From Spirochaetota bacterium (lineage in GTDB: Bacteria; Spirochaetota; B62-G9; DRHN01): DNA of 64,000 nt. The position numbers were made by a program, and so were the translations under genes. The stretch is taken from positions 5,643-69,642 of the forward strand of contig JAFGTF010000145.1 of the NCBI GenBank assembly GCA_016934265.1, in the 5' to 3' direction. Position 1 is the stretch's first letter; every line of letters starts with the position of its first letter. Positions 29,161 through 38,830 of this stretch are shown here, in pieces. The notes under the pieces were generated by a model that saw only the letters and a list, made by a program, of their open reading frames with translations, was not told the DNA's origin and made no database searches.

Positions 29161-29751
29161 ATGACGGAACAAGAGAAGGACTTCTGCGACGAAGATTTCG
29201 CAGCGCGCTATACGCTCCGCCATAAAAAGGTCGCGCGCAGGCTCGGGCTCGGATACGCGACGAAGCTTACCGGCCGGGGTTTCACGAAAGGCCGCATTCT
29301 CGACGCCGGCTGCGGGTTCGGCGGGATGGATCTCGTGCTCGCGGAAAGGCTTCCGGAATGCGAGATAACGGGAATCGATATTTCGGAACCGTTGATCCGG
29401 CGCGCGGTTTCGAGCCTGCAGGGGTCGGCGGCGGGGGGCAGGGTCGGTTTCGAGAGAGGAGATGCAAAAGATCTCCGGTTCGAGGAGGGCAGATTCGATA
29501 TCGTCTTCTGCATCGGTGTGCTGCACCTCACCGACGAGCCTCTTATCCTGCTGGACGAGATGGAACGGGTCCTTGCTCCCGATGGAACCCTGTTTGTCGC
29601 TGACCTCAGGCGTTCCGTGGCCCGTATCTTCGAGAGGGAGTGCGCCCGGGCGTTCAGTTTTGAAGAAGCGAAAGAGCTTATCCGAAGCTCTTCGGTACGA
29701 GGCGGCCGGTTTTCAAAGGACCTTTTGTGGTGGCGCTTCGAGACCGAGTGA
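29161..29751 (+). CDS. class I SAM-dependent methyltransferase
   Basis: Motif I ILDAGCGFGGM and the following acidic motif II. ATG with an AAAGGAG RBS; the frame opens at 29128. Confidence 0.7.
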   Translation: MTEQEKDFCDEDFAARYTLRHKKVARRLGLGYATKLTGRGFTKGRILDAGCGFGGMDLVLAERLPECEITGIDISEPLIRRAVSSLQGSAAGGRVGFERGDAKDLRFEEGRFDIVFCIGVLHLTDEPLILLDEMERVLAPDGTLFVADLRRSVARIFERECARAFSFEEAKELIRSSSVRGGRFSKDLLWWRFETE

Positions 29752-29866
29752 ACCGGCCCGTTTCGATGTTGCATACGGATATTCATCAGATCGTTCCCAT
29801 ATATAAGCGATCATACGTAATTTACTGACATCGGTCGATATCGCTGATAAATTGTAGTGGAAAGCG

Positions 29867-30598
29867 GTGGAGATGAAAAATGGTCGGGGTATGAAAACGA
29901 GACCGAAAGAGTACGGCGTAAGCCCGGGTATAGGGGAGTTGAACGAATATTCCATTCATTCCGAGCTCAAGTCCCGCTACGGTGGAGAAGACGCCACGTA
30001 CGAAGGTGTTGTGGACGGATATGTCGTCGATGTCGTACGAGAGGGTCTCCTCATAGAGATACAGACATCGAACTTCTCACAGATCAGGGGAAAACTGACG
30101 GGCCTTCTGAAGGGACACAGGGTGACTCTCGTTTATCCGCTGGCGGTCGAGAAGCATATCCTCGTCTACGACGAGCATATGCAAAACCTTCTCTACCGAC
30201 GGCGTTCCCCGAAGCGGGGGACCCCATACCACATCTTCGAAGAAGTCATATACATACTTCCCCTGCTGCTCGAGCCGGATTTCACACTCGAGGTACTCTT
30301 CACACGGGAGGAGGAAATCCGCTGTAAGGATGGTCTCGGCAGTTGGAGACGCAAAGGCGTCAGCATTCACGACAGGCGGCTGCTCGAGATAGTCGGCACA
30401 CGCATTTTTTCCGGCAGGGAGGACTACAGGGCGCTGCTGCCGGAATCGCTGCCCGATTTTTTTACCAACAGAAACCTGTCGAATATCATCGGCCTGCCTC
30501 GGGCCAAGGCCGGCAAGATAACCTACTGTATGACGCGCCTTGGGATACTGCGGGTCAAGGGGAAAAAGGGAAACGCGAACGTTTTTGCAGTCGTGTGA
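29867..30598 (+). CDS. hypothetical protein, possible PD-(D/E)xK nuclease-like fold
   Basis: The arrangement E...D(x)VVD...EIQ resembles a PD-(D/E)xK core. No confident family. GTG start with ATG alternatives at 29873 and 29891. Confidence 0.3.
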   Translation: MEMKNGRGMKTRPKEYGVSPGIGELNEYSIHSELKSRYGGEDATYEGVVDGYVVDVVREGLLIEIQTSNFSQIRGKLTGLLKGHRVTLVYPLAVEKHILVYDEHMQNLLYRRRSPKRGTPYHIFEEVIYILPLLLEPDFTLEVLFTREEEIRCKDGLGSWRRKGVSIHDRRLLEIVGTRIFSGREDYRALLPESLPDFFTNRNLSNIIGLPRAKAGKITYCMTRLGILRVKGKKGNANVFAVV

Positions 30599-30631
30599 CG
30601 CCCGATACGAATTTTTTTAGAGGAAAGGGGT

Positions 30632-31141
30632 ATGCCCAAGCTTGTCAAGGGAGGAAAATGGGTGTACGGGTGGTCGGTCGTGGGAATGGATTGCAGGGTT
30701 CTGGTCCCTCCGGATGCGAGAGATGAGTACGGATTCGCTTTAGAGGAGGATGTTCTCGTAATGAGCGGGAGCAGACGATCGATGGGGTTTGCCGTAACGA
30801 CCGAAGCGCTTCTTTCCGGAACGCCGTTTCAGCGTCATTTCGAAGGATATCTCGAATTTTTGGAATATTACGAGAAGAATTCGATGACGGGAGAAGACCC
30901 GCGCGCGGTGTTCTCTCAGAAAGGTAAAGCCTTGAGCCGGGTTTTTCTTGATGAGCGCGGCTGCCTCCAAATGTGGCGCGCCCTGCTCGAACGGTACGGA
31001 GTCTCTCCGTTCGACAGGCTTCTTGGGGTCCGAGGAAGCGGAATAGCACTCGGGTTCGTTGTAAAAGGGCCTATCGTGAAGGAAGCGGAAAAACACCCAG
31101 AGATACGGGTATTCGAAGAGGGAGCGAACGCGAATTTATAG
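30632..31141 (+). CDS. hypothetical protein
   Basis: 169-aa ORF with a good RBS (GAGGAAAGGGG). No recognisable motif. Confidence 0.35.
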   Translation: MPKLVKGGKWVYGWSVVGMDCRVLVPPDARDEYGFALEEDVLVMSGSRRSMGFAVTTEALLSGTPFQRHFEGYLEFLEYYEKNSMTGEDPRAVFSQKGKALSRVFLDERGCLQMWRALLERYGVSPFDRLLGVRGSGIALGFVVKGPIVKEAEKHPEIRVFEEGANANL

Positions 31142-31279
31142 ACGCTCATATGCCCCCGATTGTGGTCAACGGCTCCTTTACTCATGGTGTCCGCCCTTTT
31201 CAACGATATACGTTGTCCCTCATGAGAATCCATGATAGTATTAAGGGTGCTGAAATCCCACAGCAAGCGGAGGCTCCGG

Positions 31280-31723
31280 GTGAAGAAGATCGGGATAGTG
31301 ATATGCGGAAGGTACCAGACGTGCGGGGGCGGTAAGTGCCTCAGAGCGATGAGGGAGCGCGTCGGCGGTTTTGTACGATATCCGAAGAACGAGGAGCTTT
31401 CGCTCGTCGGGTATTCGTTCTGCGGCGGATGTCCCGGGGGCAATGTCGAATACGTGCCGGAAGAGATGAAGAAGAACGGGGCCGAGGTGATACATCTGGC
31501 GACCGGCCTCGTCGTCGGATACCCGCCGTGTCCCCGGATACGTGCGTTCAAGTCTTTCATAGAGTCCTTCTACGGGATGGAGGTCGTGATCGGGACGCAT
31601 CCCATTCCGTTGAAATACCTCAAGGCGCATGAGGCGCTCGATTTCTGGAAGACGATGAACATGGCCGAAATCGCGGGCGGGCTCATGGAAGAGGACCGCT
31701 CGATAATGAAAGCGTACGATTAG
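31280..31723 (+). CDS. CGGC domain-containing protein
   Basis: KKIGIVICG start, a CGGGKC motif and a CGGCPG motif, which are hallmarks of the CGGC family. GTG start with an AGCGGAGG RBS; the frame opens at 31232. Confidence 0.6.
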   Translation: MKKIGIVICGRYQTCGGGKCLRAMRERVGGFVRYPKNEELSLVGYSFCGGCPGGNVEYVPEEMKKNGAEVIHLATGLVVGYPPCPRIRAFKSFIESFYGMEVVIGTHPIPLKYLKAHEALDFWKTMNMAEIAGGLMEEDRSIMKAYD

Positions 31724-31969
31724 TTTCCAGTGAAAAACTCTCCGGAAACATGAGCTCTTCGTACGTTATAGCCCTTTGAGGGTACGGTAATACGTACCGA
31801 TGCTCTGATTTACAAAACGCAATATCTGCGCATACATGATTGATTGGAATCTCCTCACCGATAACCGGTCGGCATCCGGGTCCTGTTACATAGACCGTGA
31901 TCGTATGAATCGGGAAAAAGGTTTTTTGAATACGCCGGTGGCAGAGAACCGTAGGGAGGAGGTATCCCG

Positions 31970-32794
31970 ATGAGTACGGAAACCGTCGGGAAGGGGGGCA
32001 CGTCGACGGTCCTCTACCTTTTCATCGCGACCTCGGCGCTCTTTTTCATGTATGTGGAAAAGTATACCGGGGATACCCTCTGTTTCGCGATGTACGGCAT
32101 CGGCGCCGTGTCGTTATCCGTCGGTACCGTTTATCTGGTACGCCGTCGTCCGGCTCTATTTCGATCGGTACTGTTCTTCGACATCATGTTCATCCTGATG
32201 CCGCTTTTTTCGATACAGGACCGTGTGCTGGAAATTTCCTTTCCGGGCGTGCATTACGCTGCAGTGGTACTGCTCTATGCTGCGATAGTCTTCTGTTCTC
32301 CGCGGCTTCGGAGAACGGTTGCGTGGCTCGCCGCCGGGCGGTTTGACGCGGTGTCCGCAGCGCTTACCGGGGCCATGATCGCACTATCGGCTGCGGGCCT
32401 TATCGGCTGGGCGTTCGGGCTGGGACCGGAGCTCGACAGGTTTTTGGCGATGCTTCCCGAGTGGAGCAAACCGGCACTGTTGCTCGGGGGCCTCGGCTTT
32501 TCGGTATCGAATTCGATTGTAGAGGAGCTCGCGTTTCGCGGGGTTCTTACGGACGGATTGACGGTACTCCTGGGATGCCCGGGTGCCGTCATACTCATTC
32601 AGGCAGTGCTTTTCGGCTTGTGGCACTGGGAGGGATTTCCCGGCGGTACGATCGGCGTGACGATGGTTTTCGTCTGGGGAATATTCCTCGGCATATTACG
32701 GACTCGGTCCGGGGGTATGATCGCTCCGATTGCAGGCCATATCTTCGCCGATCTCACGGTATTTTTCATTCTGTTTTCGATCACAGGAGCGTGA
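31970..32794 (+). CDS. CPBP family intramembrane glutamic endopeptidase (CAAX protease/Abi)
   Basis: Motifs EELAFRG, FGLWH and HIFAD within a polytopic membrane protein. Confidence 0.8.
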   Translation: MSTETVGKGGTSTVLYLFIATSALFFMYVEKYTGDTLCFAMYGIGAVSLSVGTVYLVRRRPALFRSVLFFDIMFILMPLFSIQDRVLEISFPGVHYAAVVLLYAAIVFCSPRLRRTVAWLAAGRFDAVSAALTGAMIALSAAGLIGWAFGLGPELDRFLAMLPEWSKPALLLGGLGFSVSNSIVEELAFRGVLTDGLTVLLGCPGAVILIQAVLFGLWHWEGFPGGTIGVTMVFVWGIFLGILRTRSGGMIAPIAGHIFADLTVFFILFSITGA

Positions 32795-32828
32795 ACAGTT
32801 TTTACCTATTTCCCGGCGGGAGGAGGGC

Positions 32829-33611
32829 ATGAAATTATTCGGAGTTGACGCCTTTACCGAGGTTCCATTCAGGGGGAATCCGGCATGCGTCTGTATCCTC
32901 GATGAAGAGCGCCCCGACGGCTGGAAGCAGAGTGTCGCCTCCGAGATCAACCTTTCCGAAACGGCGTTCCTTCGGAATAGGGGTGCCTCGTGGGGGCTCA
33001 GGTGGTTTACTCCCCAAGTGGAGGTGGACCTTTGCGGTCATGCAACGCTGGCAAGCGCTCATGTCCTGTGGGAGACGGATATTGTCAAGAAAACAAAAGT
33101 CATCGCTTTCGAAACGCGAAGCGGATCGCTCGGCGCGACGAAAAATGGGGAATGGATCGAGCTCGACTTTCCACAAGAGCCGCCGCAAACGGCTGCGGCT
33201 TGTGACAAATTGATGGCTGCACTCGGTATTGAAGCGCTGTTGGTGGGGAAAAACCGGTTCGATTATATCGTAGAGATCGACTCCGAAGAGAAGCTGAAAA
33301 CCCTTGCACCCGACTTCGCGATGCTCAAAGAGGTGCGAACGAGGGGTGTAATAGTGACTAGCAGGTCGGCGGGGGGGCGGTATGATTTCGTGTCGCGGTT
33401 TTTTGCTCCGGCGGTGGGAGTCAACGAGGACCCTGTAACGGGTTCGTCGCACTACTGTCTCGGTCCCTACTGGAAAGAGAAGACGGGGCTCGAAACTCTT
33501 ACCGCGTACCAGGCTTCCAGCCGTGGAGGGCTCCTGAAACTGAGGGTTTCGGGCGGAAGGGTCTTTATATCCGGAAAGGCGGTTACCGTATGGCGTGGTG
33601 AGATCGAGTAG
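32829..33611 (+). CDS. PhzF family phenazine biosynthesis-like isomerase
   Basis: N-terminus MKLFGVDAFTEVPFRGNPACV is the classic PhzF start. About 260 aa. RBS GGAGGAGGG. Confidence 0.8.
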   Translation: MKLFGVDAFTEVPFRGNPACVCILDEERPDGWKQSVASEINLSETAFLRNRGASWGLRWFTPQVEVDLCGHATLASAHVLWETDIVKKTKVIAFETRSGSLGATKNGEWIELDFPQEPPQTAAACDKLMAALGIEALLVGKNRFDYIVEIDSEEKLKTLAPDFAMLKEVRTRGVIVTSRSAGGRYDFVSRFFAPAVGVNEDPVTGSSHYCLGPYWKEKTGLETLTAYQASSRGGLLKLRVSGGRVFISGKAVTVWRGEIE

Positions 33612-33646
33612 AGTAATAGGACAATTATACTGAAGGAGAAGATACA

Positions 33647-34378
33647 ATGTCGAAGAAACTGCTTATAACGGGGGCAAGCACCGGAATCGGTGCGGATACG
33701 GCGATCGAGTTTGCAGAAGGAAATTTCATATTCGTTCACTATAACAGCTCCGAGGATGCGGCGCGGAAAGTCGCAGAGAGGGTACGGGAGCGGGGAGGGG
33801 ACGCGGTGACGGTACAGGCGGACCTTACGAGCGAAGCGGGCTGCAAAAAACTGTACGCCGAGGTGGCGGACCGTACGGACGCGCTGGACGTGCTCGTCAA
33901 CAACGCCGGTGGGCTTGTCCGACGCGAAACGGTCGATCGGGTGGGGTGGGATTCCATGCTCGAGATTTTCTCTCTCAATACCTTCTCCGTCGTCATGATG
34001 ACGAGGCTTTGCATTCCCCTTTTGAGAAAGGGACATGATTCCTGTATCGTGAACCTTACTTCCGTTGCGATGAGGACCGGCGCCCCGACCGCCACGATCT
34101 ACGGCGCCTCGAAGGGGGCCGTGGACTCGTTCACACGGGGTGCGGCGAAAGAGCTTGCGCCGGATATCAGGGTCAATGCGGTCGCTCCGGGCGTGATACC
34201 CACACCCTTTCATGAAAAGTACACGCCTCCGGAACGGATGGAGCAGTTCCGTGAAAGCACACCGGTGAAGCACCACGGGAGTGTGAATCAAATCGCGTGC
34301 ACAATCCGCTTTCTTGTAGAGAACGACTACATAACGGGAGAGACGATCGATGTGAACGGAGGCCTGTTCATGCGGTAG
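33647..34378 (+). CDS. SDR family oxidoreductase
   Basis: LITGASTGIG motif, NNAG, and a C-terminal Y...K catalytic segment. Confidence 0.8.
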   Translation: MSKKLLITGASTGIGADTAIEFAEGNFIFVHYNSSEDAARKVAERVRERGGDAVTVQADLTSEAGCKKLYAEVADRTDALDVLVNNAGGLVRRETVDRVGWDSMLEIFSLNTFSVVMMTRLCIPLLRKGHDSCIVNLTSVAMRTGAPTATIYGASKGAVDSFTRGAAKELAPDIRVNAVAPGVIPTPFHEKYTPPERMEQFRESTPVKHHGSVNQIACTIRFLVENDYITGETIDVNGGLFMR

Positions 34379-34470
34379 GGATTGTGCCCAATCCGCTTTC
34401 TTGTAGAGAACGACTACATAACGGGAGAGACGATCGATGTGAACGGAGGCCTGTTCATGCGGTAGGGATT
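34297..34470 (+). repeat. tandem direct duplication (2 x 87 bp, 1 mismatch) of the 3' end of the SDR gene including its stop codon
   Basis: GTGCACAATCCGCTTTCTTGTAGAG...CATGCGGTAGGGATTG occurs twice back-to-back with a single A/C difference at the 5th base. Confidence 0.85.
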
Positions 34471-34662
34471 GGGCGTATCATTTCAGATAATGATTGGCGA
34501 TATTCGTCATATTACTGATTATGAAACGGGGAAAGGTATGGACGGGACCCGTAAGATTTATAAATTTCTAGTATAATACAGTGGATCTGTGCCCAAAGAG
34601 TTAAATCTTTTTCAATCAATGGAGATACAAGCAAAAGACCGTTTCTCCGACCGGATGGAGGG

Positions 34663-35133
34663 ATGATGTCCGAAACGTTCGAAAGGATCGAATCCCTTAT
34701 TCGCTCCTCCGGGGCCGACTACGAAACGGTTCATCATACGCCGACGAGAACATCGAAGGAGTCGGCACTGGCGAGGGGGGAAACGCTCTCTGTCGGAGGT
34801 AAGGCGCTCGTACTGAAAGTGGATAAAAGATTCATGCTTTTCGTTCTCAGTGCGGCTCAAAGGCTTGATTCCGTAAAGATCAAACGACGTTTCGGTGCGA
34901 AACGCATCAGGTTCGCATCCGCTCCCGAGCTTTTGGAGCTCACCGGGCTGGTTCCCGGTTCAGTTCCGCCTATCGGGAGGCCGCTGTACGACATCGATCT
35001 GTACGTGGACGAAAGTGTCACACATAACGAGCGGATTGCATTCAACGCCGGATCTCTCACGGACTCGGTGATAATGGCCGTATCCGATTATCTCGAGATT
35101 GCGAGACCGGTAGTCTTCGATTTTTCAGAATAA
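34663..35133 (+). CDS. YbaK/EbsC family aminoacyl-tRNA deacylase
   Basis: The conserved core GGKALVLK...LVPGSVPPIG is typical of the YbaK/ProX editing domain. Confidence 0.7.
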   Translation: MMSETFERIESLIRSSGADYETVHHTPTRTSKESALARGETLSVGGKALVLKVDKRFMLFVLSAAQRLDSVKIKRRFGAKRIRFASAPELLELTGLVPGSVPPIGRPLYDIDLYVDESVTHNERIAFNAGSLTDSVIMAVSDYLEIARPVVFDFSE

Positions 35134-35177
35134 AAACATGAATTTTCAACCTTTTTCAACACTGAGGAGAGAATAGC

Positions 35178-35525
35178 ATGAAAGATAATAAAAACCACCT
35201 CGTCGTGATCTGGAGCAGCGGAGACAGGGATGTGGCCCTGAAGACGGCGTTTATGTACACCTATAACGCCAAAAAGCACGGATGGTGGGAGAAAGTGACC
35301 CTCGTCGTCTGGGGGCCTTCGGCCGAGCTTCTTGTAAAAGACGGGGAGCTTCAGGAGTATGTGAAAAAGATGAAAGAGGGCGGGGTCGAGCTCGAGGCCT
35401 GCAGGTCCTGTTCCGATATGTACGGCTGCTCGAAGGCGCTCGAGAAGCTCGGAATAGACGTGAAGTATATGGGCGTTCCGCTTACCGATTACCTGAAGGG
35501 GGGAAGCAGCGTATTGACGTTCTGA
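35178..35525 (+). CDS. DsrE/DsrF-like family protein
   Basis: 115 aa with an N-terminal LVVIWSSGD segment and conserved Cys, resembling DsrE-fold sulfur-relay-like proteins. Confidence 0.5.
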   Translation: MKDNKNHLVVIWSSGDRDVALKTAFMYTYNAKKHGWWEKVTLVVWGPSAELLVKDGELQEYVKKMKEGGVELEACRSCSDMYGCSKALEKLGIDVKYMGVPLTDYLKGGSSVLTF

Positions 35526-35639
35526 GGTTGTTTCGTCGGGTTTAACATGCGCCGGCCGGATATATGAGGTGAGCGCCCGGAGAGAGGCGAAAAATACACG
35601 AACGGCATACCGGTGCCGTATAAAGCGGGAGGAAGAAAG

Positions 35640-36683
35640 ATGTATACCGTTGTAATGGTAATCGTCGGAGCGTTATTCGCCGCGCTTCTTGTCGCAGTGC
35701 TCGTCCGCCAGTCGAAAACCGGCCTTCTTCATGTGCAGATAATGGACCTGAAGAAAAGAATGGAGGATATGCGTGAGCGGCAGCTCGAAACGAGCACTCG
35801 AAATCTCGAAAACCAGCAGGCCTTCTACCGGCAGTCGCAGCAGATCATGAGCGATGTTCACAGGAAGCTCGGATCGCTCGAGGAGTCATCGAGAATGATC
35901 CAGGAGATCGGGAAGGATATCTCTTCGCTTCAGAACATACTGAGGGCCCCGAAGATACGGGGAGGGCTCGGCGAATACCTTCTCGAGGATCTCCTGCGGC
36001 AGATCCTCCCGAATGAGAACTTCGAGATGCAGTACGGTTTCAAGGACGGGTGCGTCGTGGACGCGGTCATACGGCTCGGAGACGGCCTTGTTCCCATAGA
36101 CTCGAAGTTTCCGCTCGAGAGCTTTCAGCGGCTTGTAGACACCGGTGCCGCAGACGAGAAGTCGCGGGGCGTCTATAAACGGGAGTTCATCAAAAGTGTG
36201 AAGGAGAGAATAGACGAGGTCGCGGGAAAGTATATCAAACCGGACGAGGGCACGTTCGATTTTGCGATGATGTACATACCGGCCGAGAACGTTTTCTACG
36301 AGATTATCATCACGGACAACCTCACCGATAAACGGTACGAGCTGTTCAATTACGCGCTCGAACGGCATGTTATTCCGGTATCCCCCAACAGCTTCTACTC
36401 GTACCTCATGGCAATCGTGTTCGGTCTGAAGGGTTTCAGGATAGAGCAGCAGGCCAAAACCATAATAGGTGAGCTTTCGAAGGTGCAGAGCACCTTCAGC
36501 GAATTCTACGGCGATTTCTCCGTGCTGGGGAGGCATATCAAGAACGCCTCGGCCAAGTATGACGATACGATACGAAGAGCGGACCGCTTCAGTGAACAGG
36601 TCGGAAGAATTACCGGGGTACAGCGGCGGATCGGTGAGGATGACGATGAAAAAAGCCGGACCTCGCAGGATCCGCTCGGATAG
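35640..36683 (+). CDS. rmuC: DNA recombination protein RmuC
   Basis: N-terminal TM helix, coiled-coil region, and the RmuC signature KIRGGLGEYLLEDLL. ATG at 35640 with a GGGAGG RBS. Confidence 0.8.
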   Translation: MYTVVMVIVGALFAALLVAVLVRQSKTGLLHVQIMDLKKRMEDMRERQLETSTRNLENQQAFYRQSQQIMSDVHRKLGSLEESSRMIQEIGKDISSLQNILRAPKIRGGLGEYLLEDLLRQILPNENFEMQYGFKDGCVVDAVIRLGDGLVPIDSKFPLESFQRLVDTGAADEKSRGVYKREFIKSVKERIDEVAGKYIKPDEGTFDFAMMYIPAENVFYEIIITDNLTDKRYELFNYALERHVIPVSPNSFYSYLMAIVFGLKGFRIEQQAKTIIGELSKVQSTFSEFYGDFSVLGRHIKNASAKYDDTIRRADRFSEQVGRITGVQRRIGEDDDEKSRTSQDPLG

Positions 36684-36924
36684 GAGGAGACGGATTCATT
36701 ATTAGAGACCTATCGGGCACCGGAGCTTTCGAGAGGAATGTCGCTTTGCTTATGGGGCAGATACCGGTATCATCGTCGGGAGATGCATAAGAGACAAGAG
36801 AAAATATGGAAGCGAATTGTGATGTTTAAAAGGTCGACCGGTGAATACTATGAGGGGTGAGAATATTTCGGCGCGGCGAGCAGGTGAGAGAGATGATTCT
36901 AAAATTAGGAAACGGCAAGAACCC

Positions 36925-37458
36925 ATGCTCCTTCACACCTGCTGCGCGCCGTGTGCGGCCGGCTGCATGGAAAGGCTGCGTAACGAGGAGCTCACGGTTA
37001 TTTTGTTCTACAGCAACTCCAACATTTTTCCCCGTGGGGAATACGAAAAAAGGCTTCGGGAGGCGGAAAGGCTCGCGTCGATTTACGGGCTCGACCTCAT
37101 CCGCGACGAATACAATCACGACGGATGGCTCGAAGCGGTGGCCGGTCTCGAAAAGGAGCCCGAAAAGGGAAGAAGGTGTCTTGTATGTTTCGAGTACAGC
37201 CTGCGGCGTTCTTCCCTTCGCGCGAAGCAGGAAGGAATATCACAATTCGCCACTACGCTTACTCTGAGCCCTCATAAGGTTTCCGCCATGGTATTCGAGG
37301 CAGGGAAGAAGTTTTCGGGGTTCGTCCCGATGGATTTTAAAAAAAAAGGCGGGCAGGTCAGTAGCAGAAAAATCAGCGTTGCGCACGGCCTGTACCGTCA
37401 GCGATACTGCGGCTGTGAGTTCAGCCTTCAAACCGGAAAGGGGAACGTGATACAATGA
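36925..37458 (+). CDS. queH: epoxyqueuosine reductase QueH
   Basis: LLHTCCAPCAAGC start and a downstream CLVCF Cys pair are typical of QueH (DUF208). Confidence 0.8.
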   Translation: MLLHTCCAPCAAGCMERLRNEELTVILFYSNSNIFPRGEYEKRLREAERLASIYGLDLIRDEYNHDGWLEAVAGLEKEPEKGRRCLVCFEYSLRRSSLRAKQEGISQFATTLTLSPHKVSAMVFEAGKKFSGFVPMDFKKKGGQVSSRKISVAHGLYRQRYCGCEFSLQTGKGNVIQ

Positions 37459-38108
37459 GTCTTTTTAAAATACTTGACAGTGCGCTATCCGGAAAGCGTC
37501 CCTGCTCGGTGCTCATGCGGCATGCGGAGCGGTTTCCGTTTGCGGATTATGGAGACGAACCCCTGCTCACCGAGCGCGGTCACAACGACGCATACGAGCT
37601 GGGCAAAGAGCTCGTACCGCTTTCCCCCTTGCGAATATTTCACAGTCCCATAGAGCGGTGTCATCAGACGGCGTGTGGAATCTGCAGAGGCGTACGGAAG
37701 CGGAAGAAGGGCTGCGAAATTTCGGGAGTGATCGAGATGCTCGGCCCGTCTCTCTTCATAGTCGACCGGGAAGGTATCATGAGATCCCTCGAAAAAAACG
37801 AAGCCGGGTTCCTGCGGCTCTGGTTCGATGGGAAGATGCCGGAAAACGTCATCCTGCCCGTGGAAAAAGCCGCCCGGCGGATGCTTTCTTTCATGGTCGA
37901 CCAGCTTTCCGGGGATTCCGTTTCCACGATCAACGTATCGCATGACTGGATCATCTTGGCACTGCTCGAGAGGTACTTCCCACTCAGGTATGAAGAGATG
38001 GAGTACCCCGGATTCTTGAGCGGGGTCGTTGCCTTGAGGGACGGAGAAAAGATACATCTTCAATACGGGGAGCACAGCTGCCGTATAGATCCTGTACACG
38101 GTTTGTAA
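37455..38108 (+). CDS. histidine phosphatase family protein (phosphoglycerate mutase-like)
   Basis: RHAER (a variant of the RHGE motif) and a downstream SHD motif. Overlaps the queH stop by 4 nt (ATGA). Confidence 0.5.
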   Translation: MSLFKILDSALSGKRPCSVLMRHAERFPFADYGDEPLLTERGHNDAYELGKELVPLSPLRIFHSPIERCHQTACGICRGVRKRKKGCEISGVIEMLGPSLFIVDREGIMRSLEKNEAGFLRLWFDGKMPENVILPVEKAARRMLSFMVDQLSGDSVSTINVSHDWIILALLERYFPLRYEEMEYPGFLSGVVALRDGEKIHLQYGEHSCRIDPVHGL

Positions 38109-38192
38109 AAAAACAACCGATAAAATTTGTATTCACCGATCCACTTCGATACATTTTAACAGTACGGACTGGAATCGGGACGAGGAGGGCGT

Positions 38193-38396
38193 ATGGAACT
38201 GACTGCCGACGAGCTTCGCTTCAAGCTGTTCAAACTGTATCAGGACGGGCTTGTGATTCAGGATTATGAAAAAGTCGTGCAAAAGCTGGCCGAGCTCGAG
38301 AAAAAGACAGGCGGCAAGAGAATGAGTATCGACGGTTGGTGCGATATATTGGCTGAGCTTGAAGTCTGCAGGGGCGCGTTGGACACGGCCGGGTAA
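38193..38396 (+). CDS. hypothetical small protein
   Basis: 67-aa ORF in a short intergenic gap. No motif. Confidence 0.25.
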   Translation: MELTADELRFKLFKLYQDGLVIQDYEKVVQKLAELEKKTGGKRMSIDGWCDILAELEVCRGALDTAG

Positions 38397-38428
38397 CGGC
38401 CGATGCCTCGCACGGATCGGATCGGAGA

Positions 38429-38797
38429 TTGAATCTTCCTTCAAACCGTATGAATGATGGCGGTAAAAGAAGCGGGTTCTGCCGGAAGGTTTGTGAGATC
38501 GTTCGTAACATTCCACCGGGTAGGGTCGCTACATACGGTATGATCGCGGCGTACGCTGGAAATCCGCGTGGGGCCAGGACCGTTGCGTGGATCCTGCACT
38601 CCTGTTCAAAGAAGGAGAAGCTCCCATGGCACAGGGTGGTGAACAGGATGGGAACCGTATCGCTTCGCCACGGAAGGGGGCGCGAGATACAGAAAGGTCT
38701 TCTCGAAGGGGAGGGGGTTTTTTTCGACGGTAAAAGCCGAATCGATTTCGACAGGTACCTATGGAGGCCCGGGTCGATTGGAATTCGGGCCGAATAG
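38429..38797 (+). CDS. MGMT family alkyltransferase-like protein (ATL, YbaZ-like)
   Basis: Ogt DNA-binding domain pattern VPPGRVATYGMIA...PWHRVV. The active-site Cys of the PCHRV motif is replaced by Trp, as in ATL proteins. Confidence 0.65.
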   Translation: MNLPSNRMNDGGKRSGFCRKVCEIVRNIPPGRVATYGMIAAYAGNPRGARTVAWILHSCSKKEKLPWHRVVNRMGTVSLRHGRGREIQKGLLEGEGVFFDGKSRIDFDRYLWRPGSIGIRAE

Positions 38798-38830
38798 AAT
38801 TCGGGCCGAATAGAATATGGAGGACGGAAC

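Noticed and set aside
34297-34518. 73-aa ORF MHNPLSC... containing an internal repeat
   Set aside because: It is an out-of-frame read through the 87-bp tandem duplication of the SDR 3' end. It is a repeat artefact, not a gene.
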